Origin: Aeriscardovia sp.
GTDB lineage: Bacteria; Actinomycetota; Actinomycetes; Actinomycetales; Bifidobacteriaceae
DNA length: 64,000 nucleotides
Direction: 5' to 3'
Assembly (NCBI GenBank): GCA_017632535.1
Contig: JAGBRC010000009.1
Coordinates: 6,162 to 70,161, forward strand
Both the position numbers and the translations under genes were made by a program. Of this stretch, positions 28,810-37,029 are shown piece after piece. The notes under the pieces are model-generated. The model saw nothing but the letters and a program-made list of their open reading frames with translations, was not told where the DNA came from and did no database searches. Each line of letters opens with the position of its first letter. The stretch's first letter is position 1.

Positions 28810-29367
28810 TTACTTCTTCTTGCCTTCAGGGCTCACGATCTTGACCAGGGTCTCTTCGGGCTTTATCCCGACAAATTCCACCCCTTCTTCAGGCTTAATA
28901 TCTTTGCCGCGGATCTCTTGGCCGGCCTGCATTCCCTCGATGGAAAGGACAAGGGACTGAGGAAGGTGATCCACGTCGGCCTTCGCCTTGACCTTTTGAA
29001 CTTCGATGAGGGCGGTGCTGTTGCCCTTGGTGACGCCTTCGATGTACACGGGCACCGTCACCTCAATCTTTTCGCCCTTCTCCACCTTGTAGAAGTCGAT
29101 GCTTTCAATCTTTGAAGATACCGGGTTCCTCTGCACGTCCTTTACGACGGCCATCACTTTCTCCTCGCCCCCTTTGAGCTCCAGCTCATAGACGGCGTTG
29201 GCGTTCCTCAGAGAAGAGGCGGTGCTGTTGTAGTCTACGTGGAAGAAGATAGGGGTGTTTCCGTGGGAGTACACGGAGGCGGGGATCCTTCCCCTCTGGC
29301 GCAGCCTTCTTGAGAATCCTTTGCCGAACTCTTCCCTCTCTTCGCCCCGCAGTTCAATCTTTTCCAT
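28810..29367 (-). CDS. rplY: 50S ribosomal protein L25 / general stress protein Ctc
   Basis: 185 aa. RGEEREEFGKGFSRRLRQRGRIPASVY..., followed by the Ctc-type C-terminal beta domain. Confidence 0.88.
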   Translation of the reverse strand: MEKIELRGEEREEFGKGFSRRLRQRGRIPASVYSHGNTPIFFHVDYNSTASSLRNANAVYELELKGGEEKVMAVVKDVQRNPVSSKIESIDFYKVEKGEKIEVTVPVYIEGVTKGNSTALIEVQKVKAKADVDHLPQSLVLSIEGMQAGQEIRGKDIKPEEGVEFVGIKPEETLVKIVSPEGKKK

Positions 29368-29568
29368 TGCCTAAAATCCGGCCTTTCTGTTTCAAGGCAG
29401 GGAAGAAGCGGATCTCAACTTCAAACTTAGTCGATAACGGGATTTCTCCCCTCGCCATGGTTTTACTTTATACTTTTTAAGACTATCCCATTTTTCCGCA
29501 ACTTGGCAAAGCTTGGAAAAGTTTGGGTACAATTAGCGCGTTAAACCGTATTTGGGAAGGAAGGGCAA

Positions 29569-31530
29569 GTGACGGATTTGAGCAGCCTCTCCTCGCAGTC
29601 TGAAAGCGGTGGAGCCGGATTTGAATCTTGTGGCCCCAAACTCCTCTTTGAGGCTGACTGGTGCGCAGACGGTTATCCTTCTATAACACGGGTAGACCGC
29701 TTTGGCCTGGTGGAGACCAGCACGCGCGGCATAGGGGAAATACCCAAGTTTATGACGATTTACTCTCTTTACCGCAGCCGCGCAGAAAGGATGGCCGACA
29801 GGCCCCTTTACACTTTCCGCTCTAAAGACAACCCCAACAAATGGCTGACTAAAACTGCAGCTGAGACCCTGGAAGACATAAGGAAGATGTGCAAGGGGTT
29901 CATGGGAATGGGTTTGGAGCACGGAGACTGCGTGGCTCTGATGTGCTCCACCTGCTACGAGTGGAATATAGTGGATGCCGGCGTCATGTCTATAGGCGGA
30001 GTGCTTGCCACTATTTATGACACCGATTCTCCCAAGCAGATCAAAGCGATAATTGAAAATTCCGGTGCGAAGATGCTGGTAGTCGGAACCCGGGAGATGA
30101 AAACCAAAGCCGAACTGGCGGGCGTTGGCGAAAAGTGCAAAGTGCTGTGTATAGAGGACGGCGCCCTCGAGGCAGTATTGGCCTACGCGCCTTCGGTAAA
30201 GGATGAAGATCTCAACCGGAGGATAGACGCGGTACAAAAGACGGATCTTTGCTCCATCGTCTATACTTCCGGTTCCACCTCCGCCCCGAAGGGAGTGGAG
30301 ATAACCCACGAGAACTTCTGCGCCGCGGCCTCCAACCTCGCAGCCTACCTTCCCAGCATCTTGGCCGATCCCAAAGGATCGGCTCTGTTGTTTCTCCCCA
30401 TGGCGCACGTTTTTGCCAGGACCATAAACTACATGTGCGTATTTTCAAGGGTTAGGGCGTATATTTCCAGCAACTTTAAAAATCTTGTCTCAGACTTGCA
30501 GTATTCCAAGCCCACGGCCATGATCGGCGTACCCAGAGTCTATGAAAAGCTCTACAACGCCGTGAGCCAGAACGCCGGAATGGGATGGAAGGGCCGCGTC
30601 TTTGCCATGTCGGTAAAGACCGCAAGATCCTACATGCAGGAAATAAATAAGAGGGGCAAGCCCCGCATCTACACTTCCTTTTTGCGCACTGCCTTCGACA
30701 CCTCCATCTATTCCAGGCTCCGAGAGCTTCTCGGGGGAAGGGCCAAGTGGCTGGTGTGCGGGGGCGCCCCGCTGGACCCCAGCCTTTTGGCCTTTTACCG
30801 CGGAGCGGGCATCCCCGTCTACGAGGGGTACGGACTGACTGAAACGACGGCTCCCTGCGCTTTTTCCCCACTCGGCCTGCCCTACAGGCACGGGAGCGTA
30901 GGCATAGCATTCCCGGGGGCGACTTTGAGGTGCAGTGAAGAAGGAGAGATAGAGGTCAAAGGGGACTCCGTATTCACCAGGTACCACAACAATGAGGAAG
31001 CCACAAAAGAGGCCTTCGACAAGGACGGATGGTGCCTGACAGGAGACCTGGGATACATAGACGATCAAGGCTTCTTGTATGTCACGGGCCGCAAAAAAAA
31101 CCTCATCATAACGGCCGGGGGGAAGAACGTGGCGCCGGAGGGAATGGAAAAAGAAATAGAGAGGTGCCCCCTGGTTTCCCAGGTCGTCGTCTTGGGCGAC
31201 CAGCGCCCGTTCGTGTCGGCCCTCATGACCCTAGACGAACCTGCACTGCGCCTCTGGCTAAAATCCCAGAAACTCAATGAGGAGATGAGCCTGGAAGAGG
31301 CCTGCGTCAACCCCGCCGTCAGGATGGAGATACAGAAATACGTAGATGAAGCCAACAGAGGAGAATCTCAGGCAGAGTCGGTGCGCAAATTTATAGTGCT
31401 TCCCGAAGACTTCACGCAAGAAAACGGACTTTTGACCCCTTCCATGAAGATAATCCGCAAAAAGGTCATGGAAAAGTACAGCGATCTGTTGAACAAGGAA
31501 ATGTACACACCTCGGAAGAGCGCGCGCTAA
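29569..31530 (+). CDS. long-chain fatty acid-CoA ligase (AMP-dependent synthetase)
   Basis: 653 aa. AMP-binding motif IVYTSGSTSAPKGVEITH, then YEGYGLTET, TGDLGYIDDQGFLYVTGRKKNLI and PSMKIIRKK. GTG start is uncertain. Confidence 0.85.
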   Translation: MTDLSSLSSQSESGGAGFESCGPKLLFEADWCADGYPSITRVDRFGLVETSTRGIGEIPKFMTIYSLYRSRAERMADRPLYTFRSKDNPNKWLTKTAAETLEDIRKMCKGFMGMGLEHGDCVALMCSTCYEWNIVDAGVMSIGGVLATIYDTDSPKQIKAIIENSGAKMLVVGTREMKTKAELAGVGEKCKVLCIEDGALEAVLAYAPSVKDEDLNRRIDAVQKTDLCSIVYTSGSTSAPKGVEITHENFCAAASNLAAYLPSILADPKGSALLFLPMAHVFARTINYMCVFSRVRAYISSNFKNLVSDLQYSKPTAMIGVPRVYEKLYNAVSQNAGMGWKGRVFAMSVKTARSYMQEINKRGKPRIYTSFLRTAFDTSIYSRLRELLGGRAKWLVCGGAPLDPSLLAFYRGAGIPVYEGYGLTETTAPCAFSPLGLPYRHGSVGIAFPGATLRCSEEGEIEVKGDSVFTRYHNNEEATKEAFDKDGWCLTGDLGYIDDQGFLYVTGRKKNLIITAGGKNVAPEGMEKEIERCPLVSQVVVLGDQRPFVSALMTLDEPALRLWLKSQKLNEEMSLEEACVNPAVRMEIQKYVDEANRGESQAESVRKFIVLPEDFTQENGLLTPSMKIIRKKVMEKYSDLLNKEMYTPRKSAR

Positions 31531-31533
31531 ACA

Positions 31534-32436
31534 CTAGTAGTAGCCAAAAAAGTCCAGCTTCTTGGGATCCTTCTGCCAGTCTTTGGCCACCCGCACTTCA
31601 AAGCGCATAGAGGGGGTCCTTCCCAGTAGCCGTTTCAGATCCGGCATGGCGTCCCTGCGGACCCGAGTCAGAACGGATCCGCCTTTGCCTATCACAATTC
31701 CCTTTTGGCTCTCTTTTTCCACATACACCTTGAAAAGCAGGGCCCTGTCTCCTAATTTTTCGCACCTGACCACGAGGGAATGGGGTAGTTCGTCATGAAG
31801 GAGGGGAAGGAAGGCCGAGCGGACTATTTCAGAGGCGGCCTTTTCCAGGCCTTCCTCCTCGTCTTGCGGCCCGTAGAGGGCCGGACCTTCGGGCAGAAGG
31901 GAAGAGATGAGGTCCTCGAGCTCCTTTAGGTGGTAATGGGTGAAAGACGAGACTGCCAAGACTTTGGTGAACCGCGCCGCTCCTTCGACCTCCTCCATCT
32001 TTTCTTTGAGTTCCTCTTTTGAGGCGGCGTCGGTCTTTGTGACGAGGGCCACGACGGGAATCTGCCATTCGCTTATTCCGTTTTTCCTCTTGGAAAGCAG
32101 AGAGTGCAGATTTGCGATTATGCGCCTGTCGCCTTTGCCCAGTTCTTCATTTGCTGGAGTTAAAAAGAGGGCCGCATCGGCCGAGGAGATGGACCTGAGA
32201 GCTTCGCCGTTGAGCCTTTCGCCAAGAAGGGTCCTGGGCTTCCCTATTCCGGGAGTGTCTACGAAGACAGCCTGGCAGGAAGGGAGGTTCAAAATATAGC
32301 GGGCTTCTCCCCTGGTAGTCTGCGGAAAGCTTGAAGAGAGCGCTACCTTCCTGCCCATAAGCGAATTTATGAGCGTGGACTTTCCGCTGTTAGGGCGTCC
32401 CACTATTGCGCAAAATCCTGAGGTAAAATCACTCAT
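31534..32436 (-). CDS. era: GTPase Era
   Basis: ORF trimmed to MSDFTSGFCAIVGRPNSGKSTL (G1). DTPG (G3), TKTD (G4) and a C-terminal KH domain (VIGKGGSVL). Overlaps the upstream CBS gene stop by 8 nt. Confidence 0.93.
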   Translation of the reverse strand: MSDFTSGFCAIVGRPNSGKSTLINSLMGRKVALSSSFPQTTRGEARYILNLPSCQAVFVDTPGIGKPRTLLGERLNGEALRSISSADAALFLTPANEELGKGDRRIIANLHSLLSKRKNGISEWQIPVVALVTKTDAASKEELKEKMEEVEGAARFTKVLAVSSFTHYHLKELEDLISSLLPEGPALYGPQDEEEGLEKAASEIVRSAFLPLLHDELPHSLVVRCEKLGDRALLFKVYVEKESQKGIVIGKGGSVLTRVRRDAMPDLKRLLGRTPSMRFEVRVAKDWQKDPKKLDFFGYY

Positions 32437-33745
32437 CTTCCCCTTCTTCCTCCTCGACCGGCTTTGCCACGATGTTTGGCATCTTCCTGCTCTTTCCTGC
32501 GGCTGCATACAGAATGAGCCCGTGGGTGACGACCTGCTCGTTGATTTTCGGGATGTGTCCCAAAAGCTTGGTCAAAAGGCCGTAGACGGTGTCCACGTCG
32601 TCTTCCTGAAAGTCTATATCGAACATTTCCTCCAGATCCGATATCGGGGTCCTGGCCGGCATATTCCATGCTGATCCTATCTTCACCGGAAGTTCGTGCT
32701 GGGACTTGTCGTGCTCGTCGACCAAATCCCCCACTATCTGCTCTATCACGTCCTTCATGCTCACCAGCCCCGCAATCCCCCCGTACTCGTCTACCACTAC
32801 GCTAAAGTGCTGGTTTCTGTCCTGCATTTGATGGAACAAGTCGTCTACCGGCTTGCTTTCGGGGACGAGGAAGGGATCTCTGACCAGGCTGAGCACCCCT
32901 TCTTTTTCTGACACCGACCCCAAAGTCGTAGCGTATATCACGTCTTTGAGATAGAGGATCCCCAAAAGGTCGTCTATATCCTCCCCTATGACGGGGATCT
33001 TTCCAAAACCTGTCTTCGCAAAGAGCCTGATGGCATCCGCTACGGTGGCCTCTTTTTTTATGCACACTATATCGGTGCGCGGAACCATGATCTCGCGGGT
33101 GAGGGTGTCGGAGAGGGTGACTATGTTTTTTAGCATCTCTCCGGCCGAAGCATCCAAATTTGTAGCTTCGGCAATTCTGGCCACCATCTCTTTTCCCTGC
33201 TCCAGCCTCACCTGTTCTAGTTCTTCTTCGTCCTCCTCGTCTTTGTGCTTTTTTGAAAAGGCCCTGCCCCGCGGCACAAGGTGCACCAGGAGGGTCATAA
33301 ACCCGCAATGGCGCAGCATTGTCTGAAGAGGCTTGTCACTAGAAATGACTGGACGCAGCAAGGCGGAAAGGACGGCTATGAAGATCGCGCCTATAAAGCC
33401 AATCAAAGCCCCAAACCAAAGCCTATCTATAAACTGGATGGCCAAAAGCGATAAGCCCACGCCCGAAAATATATTCATGATCACCCTCCAAAAGGAGGCT
33501 GCAGAGGCCGTGAGAGACCTCTTATTCATAAGGTGCTGGACCTTCCTCAGCTTTTTTAGCTTTTTGGATCTCTCAAACTGAGTGAGGTTGGAATCGGTAT
33601 GGGCGTTGAAAGAGAAATTGTTGACCGAAGTCCTCGTAATTTGCATTACTGCGGCTTCCTGCGCTGCGAGGATCAGAGAGGACCATACAAAGCAAACCGT
33701 AAGAAAACTGCAGGCTGCTATGAAAACTATGTGAAGCGGACTCAT
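32429..33745 (-). CDS. hemolysin-family / CNNM-type membrane protein (DUF21 + CBS pair + CorC_HlyC)
   Basis: 438 aa. N-terminal TM region, REIMVPRTDIV entering the CBS pair, FSVVVDEYGGIAGLVSMKDVIEQIVG, and a C-terminal transporter-associated domain. Conserved ybeY-CBS-era context. Confidence 0.88.
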   Translation of the reverse strand: MSPLHIVFIAACSFLTVCFVWSSLILAAQEAAVMQITRTSVNNFSFNAHTDSNLTQFERSKKLKKLRKVQHLMNKRSLTASAASFWRVIMNIFSGVGLSLLAIQFIDRLWFGALIGFIGAIFIAVLSALLRPVISSDKPLQTMLRHCGFMTLLVHLVPRGRAFSKKHKDEEDEEELEQVRLEQGKEMVARIAEATNLDASAGEMLKNIVTLSDTLTREIMVPRTDIVCIKKEATVADAIRLFAKTGFGKIPVIGEDIDDLLGILYLKDVIYATTLGSVSEKEGVLSLVRDPFLVPESKPVDDLFHQMQDRNQHFSVVVDEYGGIAGLVSMKDVIEQIVGDLVDEHDKSQHELPVKIGSAWNMPARTPISDLEEMFDIDFQEDDVDTVYGLLTKLLGHIPKINEQVVTHGLILYAAAGKSRKMPNIVAKPVEEEEGEDE

Positions 33746-33800
33746 AAAATTACAACTGGCCAGTGCGCAGGAAAGGCCTTATCCCTGCACCGTCCGATTG

Positions 33801-34226
33801 CTAAAGTTGTGTACACCTCCGTACAAATTCGAAGTTCCGGTCTGATCTTCTTTTGCCGAGGCAGTCGGCCTCCGATGTGACACCCAGGCTTCCTCCCAAT
33901 TCCGGTATATAGGCCGGATGGCGGGGGCCTAAGACTGGAACTTTTAGGGCGTGGAGGAAAACGCAGTCAATGCGGGAAGTTTGATATGCCAGTTCGTAAC
34001 GTTTCCAGCTTCCCAGATCGGTTATGCGGGTGGAGTTCAAACCCAGTTGCACTTGTTCGGGCTCAGTCAGCATCTGAACTGCACGGCGCAGGGCGTTGGA
34101 TAATCCGAAAGAAGAAGTTTCCCAGCTGCCTTCCATCCACGGATAATGCTGGGAAAGCATGTGCCAGCGCTCTTCTTCCCACTCCAATTCTTCATCTGTT
34201 TTGAAGAACATCATCGCTAGGTACAT
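33801..34226 (-). CDS. hypothetical protein, no recognisable family
   Basis: The only ORF of at least 60 aa on the operon strand in the 498-bp gap between ybeY and the CBS gene. ATG 34226 lies 17 nt after the ybeY stop, with AAGGG 7 nt upstream. 142 aa, soluble, Trp/Glu-rich N-terminus (DEELEWEEERWHMLSQHYPWMEGSW). Confidence 0.45.
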   Translation of the reverse strand: MYLAMMFFKTDEELEWEEERWHMLSQHYPWMEGSWETSSFGLSNALRRAVQMLTEPEQVQLGLNSTRITDLGSWKRYELAYQTSRIDCVFLHALKVPVLGPRHPAYIPELGGSLGVTSEADCLGKRRSDRNFEFVRRCTQL

Positions 34227-34243
34227 CTTTATGCCCTTATTTG

Positions 34244-34717
34244 TCAGGATTGGATCGGCCTGGCATCGCTGACAGTTCCGTACTGGTAGCAAAAAGTGAA
34301 AAGAAGGTAGCGCTGCAGGGAAAACATCTGCCTTTGAAGCTTGTCGCTGTTGTGGTCAAACCCTAAAAGATGGAGAATCCCGTGGATTTCAAGGAGCAAA
34401 ATCTCGTCTATAGTCCTGTGCCCGGTGCATTGCGCTTGAATGGAAGCCACTTGGGGGCAAATCATGATGTCTCCGAGCATTCCCTCTTCGCCTTTTCCGG
34501 GCCTAACTTCATCCATGGGAAAGCTTAGGACATCCGTAGGGCCTTGAAGTCCCATATACTGCTCGTGGAGCAGGGCTATGGAATCGGGATCGGTGAACAC
34601 TATCGACAGCTCGCAACGCGGAGAAATTTTGAGTTTTCTAAATACCCATTTGGCCGCCTCTTGAAGCGCCCCCATATCGACTTGCCAACCGGATTCGTTG
34701 TTAATTTCTACCGTCAT
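34244..34717 (-). CDS. ybeY: rRNA maturation RNase YbeY
   Basis: 157 aa with the zinc motif HGILHLLGFDH. Confidence 0.93.
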   Translation of the reverse strand: MTVEINNESGWQVDMGALQEAAKWVFRKLKISPRCELSIVFTDPDSIALLHEQYMGLQGPTDVLSFPMDEVRPGKGEEGMLGDIMICPQVASIQAQCTGHRTIDEILLLEIHGILHLLGFDHNSDKLQRQMFSLQRYLLFTFCYQYGTVSDARPIQS

Positions 34718-35055
34718 TACTCAGCTAAGTGCTCCCCGGTCAATACGTGGGCATGGGCATGGAAGATGGTTTGGCCGGCATCGAGGCCCGTGTTGAATAC
34801 CAGCCTGTAGGAGCCGTTGTATTCGTCTTTGGCGATTTTTTCGGCTACTTCGACTATGTGTGCCAAGAGATCAGGGTCCTGGGCCGCAATCTCTCCAACA
34901 TTTCTGTAGTGTTTTTTGGGGATTACCAGGACGTGCACTTTTGCCACTGGATGCAGGTCCCTGAAGGCCACCACCCGATCATCCTCGTACACCTTTTGCG
35001 ACGGGATTTGCCCTGCCGCTATTTTGCAGAAAATGCAGTCTTCTTCGCTCTCCAT
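34717..35055 (-). CDS. HIT-family (histidine triad) protein
   Basis: 112 aa. CIFCKI N-terminus and histidine triad HAHAHVL. Its stop overlaps the ybeY start by 1 nt. Confidence 0.9.
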   Translation of the reverse strand: MESEEDCIFCKIAAGQIPSQKVYEDDRVVAFRDLHPVAKVHVLVIPKKHYRNVGEIAAQDPDLLAHIVEVAEKIAKDEYNGSYRLVFNTGLDAGQTIFHAHAHVLTGEHLAE

Positions 35056-35137
35056 CAGATTCTCCCAAAATGGTACTTACACAAATCATTGTACAGAGCT
35101 TACCTGTGCCCAAGATGCGTGCTAAAATAGTAGTGCT

Positions 35138-35225
35138 GTCCGGGTGGCGGAATGGTAGACGCGCTAGCTTGAGGTGCTAGCGACCAACTATATCGGTCGT
35201 GCGGGTTCAACTCCCGCTCCGGACA
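35138..35225 (+). tRNA. tRNA-Leu (anticodon GAG), class II
   Basis: Hand fold: acceptor GTCCGGG/TCCGGAC, 3-bp D stem GCG/CGC with a GAATGGTAGA loop, anticodon stem CTAGC/GCTAG with loop TTGAGGT, 20-nt variable arm (CGACC...GGTCG), T arm GCGGG-TTCAACT-CCCGC, A73. 88 nt, CCA not encoded. Confidence 0.9.
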
Positions 35226-35322
35226 CTTTTTTTTGCCCAATTTCATTCGACCCATATTTTCAGCTGGCCTCCCGATTTAAAAGTCGTGTCTAAAATGTTT
35301 TTACAGAAAGGTCGGTGAGCGT

Positions 35323-36951
35323 ATGGCTTCAGAAAATGCTGACGAAAAATCTCTAGACAAATATGAAAAAGACCTGGCTAAACTGGGCAATTTTGAAGTG
35401 GCGTCCTGCCTTGTCAAACTGGCCGAGGACAACAGCACCAATAGCCCCGTGTTGAATGCGGGAAGGGGCAACCCCAACTGGATACAGACTGTTTCCAGGC
35501 TGGCATTTTGTAGATTAGTTGAATTTGGAATCCAGGAGAGCCGCCGCACCATCAGCGGCAGGGACCTGGCGGGGTATACCGAGAAGCAGGGGATGGCCAA
35601 GAGGCTCAGGGAATTTCTCTCAGACAGCCCAGCCGATTCTTTCCTCTCCAAAGCCCTGGACTACGGCGAAGCGGTTTTGGAATTCGATCCCGATACTTTT
35701 GCGAGCGAACTTGTAAACGGGGTTCTAGGCAACGACTATCCCATGCCCAGCAGAATCCTCGAGTGCAGCCAGACCGTCATCAACCACTATCTGGCTTCCA
35801 TCCTTTATGGCGGCCATGACGTCAAAAAGCTCATTGATACAACTCAGCTCTTCCCGACCGAGGGTGCCACGGCCGCCATAGCCTACATCTTCAATTCCCT
35901 CAAGGAGAACCACCTCATCGCCCCCGGGGACAAGATCATCCTGAACACCCCCATCTTCTCTCCCTACCTGGCCATCCCCCAGCTCAACGATTACAGGCTA
36001 AAGACAATAGATCTAAAATCTATAGAATCCGACCACTGGCAGCTGAAGGCCGAGGCCGTAGAAGCCCTAAACGACACCGAGGTCAAGGCCCTGATATTGG
36101 TCAACCCCTCCAACCCGGGCTCCGTAGCGCTCTCCGGGGCCACTTTGGAGGCCCTCAAAGACGCCGTAAAGAAAAACCCGAATCTTATGGTGATAACCGA
36201 CGACGTCTACAGTACCTTCGCATCGGAGTTCCGCAGCGTCTACAGCGTCATCCCATTCAACACCCTCCTCGTCTATTCCTACTCCAAGCTCTACGGGGTG
36301 ACCGGCTGGAGGCTGGGAGTTTTGGGCATAAATGAAGAAAACGTATTCGATTCCCTCATTTCCCAGCTTCCCAAGGGGCAGAAGGCGGAAGTAGACAAGC
36401 GTTATGGGCACGACTCTATAGATCCTGAAAACATGAAATTCATAGACAGGATCGTGGCAGACAGCCGCTCTATAGGCCTTTACCACACTGCGGGGCTTTC
36501 CACTCCACAGCAGATTATGGAGGATCTCTTCTCTTTGGCCCATTTGGTCAACACTGCCCAGGGGGAGAAAGACTATTACATTGAGGAAGCCTGCGATCTC
36601 GTGGATGCCAGATACGCCTCTTTGAACAAGGCCTTGGGGATAGCGGACTTCAACAACTCCCGCAATACCAAGTACTATTCGCTGGTGGACGTGTACGCCA
36701 TAGCCGAAAAGCACTACGGCAAGGAATTTTCCACCTGGCTCGCCACCCACTTTGACCGTCTGGACTTCCTCTACAAACTGGCTTCCCGTTACGGAGTGGT
36801 ATTGATGGATGGAGTGGGATTCGGATCCAACAAGGGGATAGTGAGGGTCTCCGAAGCCAACCTCCCCGACGAGGCATACCCGCAGATAGGGGAAAAGATC
36901 AGGAAGCTTTTGGAAGATTATTTCGAGCGCTGGCAGAAAGAAAAAAAGTAG
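35323..36951 (+). CDS. asdA: aspartate 4-decarboxylase-type class I PLP aminotransferase
   Basis: 542 aa. NAGRGNPNW, GNDYPMPSR, LVNPSNP, ITDDVYSTFA, YSYSKLYGVTGWRLG (PLP lysine), KFIDRIVADSRS and HTAGLSTPQQ closely follow my recollection of AsdA/AspD proteins. The length (about 540 aa) also fits that subfamily rather than ordinary aminotransferases of about 400 aa. Confidence 0.7.
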   Translation: MASENADEKSLDKYEKDLAKLGNFEVASCLVKLAEDNSTNSPVLNAGRGNPNWIQTVSRLAFCRLVEFGIQESRRTISGRDLAGYTEKQGMAKRLREFLSDSPADSFLSKALDYGEAVLEFDPDTFASELVNGVLGNDYPMPSRILECSQTVINHYLASILYGGHDVKKLIDTTQLFPTEGATAAIAYIFNSLKENHLIAPGDKIILNTPIFSPYLAIPQLNDYRLKTIDLKSIESDHWQLKAEAVEALNDTEVKALILVNPSNPGSVALSGATLEALKDAVKKNPNLMVITDDVYSTFASEFRSVYSVIPFNTLLVYSYSKLYGVTGWRLGVLGINEENVFDSLISQLPKGQKAEVDKRYGHDSIDPENMKFIDRIVADSRSIGLYHTAGLSTPQQIMEDLFSLAHLVNTAQGEKDYYIEEACDLVDARYASLNKALGIADFNNSRNTKYYSLVDVYAIAEKHYGKEFSTWLATHFDRLDFLYKLASRYGVVLMDGVGFGSNKGIVRVSEANLPDEAYPQIGEKIRKLLEDYFERWQKEKK

Positions 36952-37029
36952 AGCTTTAGGGCTGTGGGATGAATTTATAATAATAGACGGATTCTCTTTT
37001 TATCCACTCAAGAAAAAGGAACGTTTATT

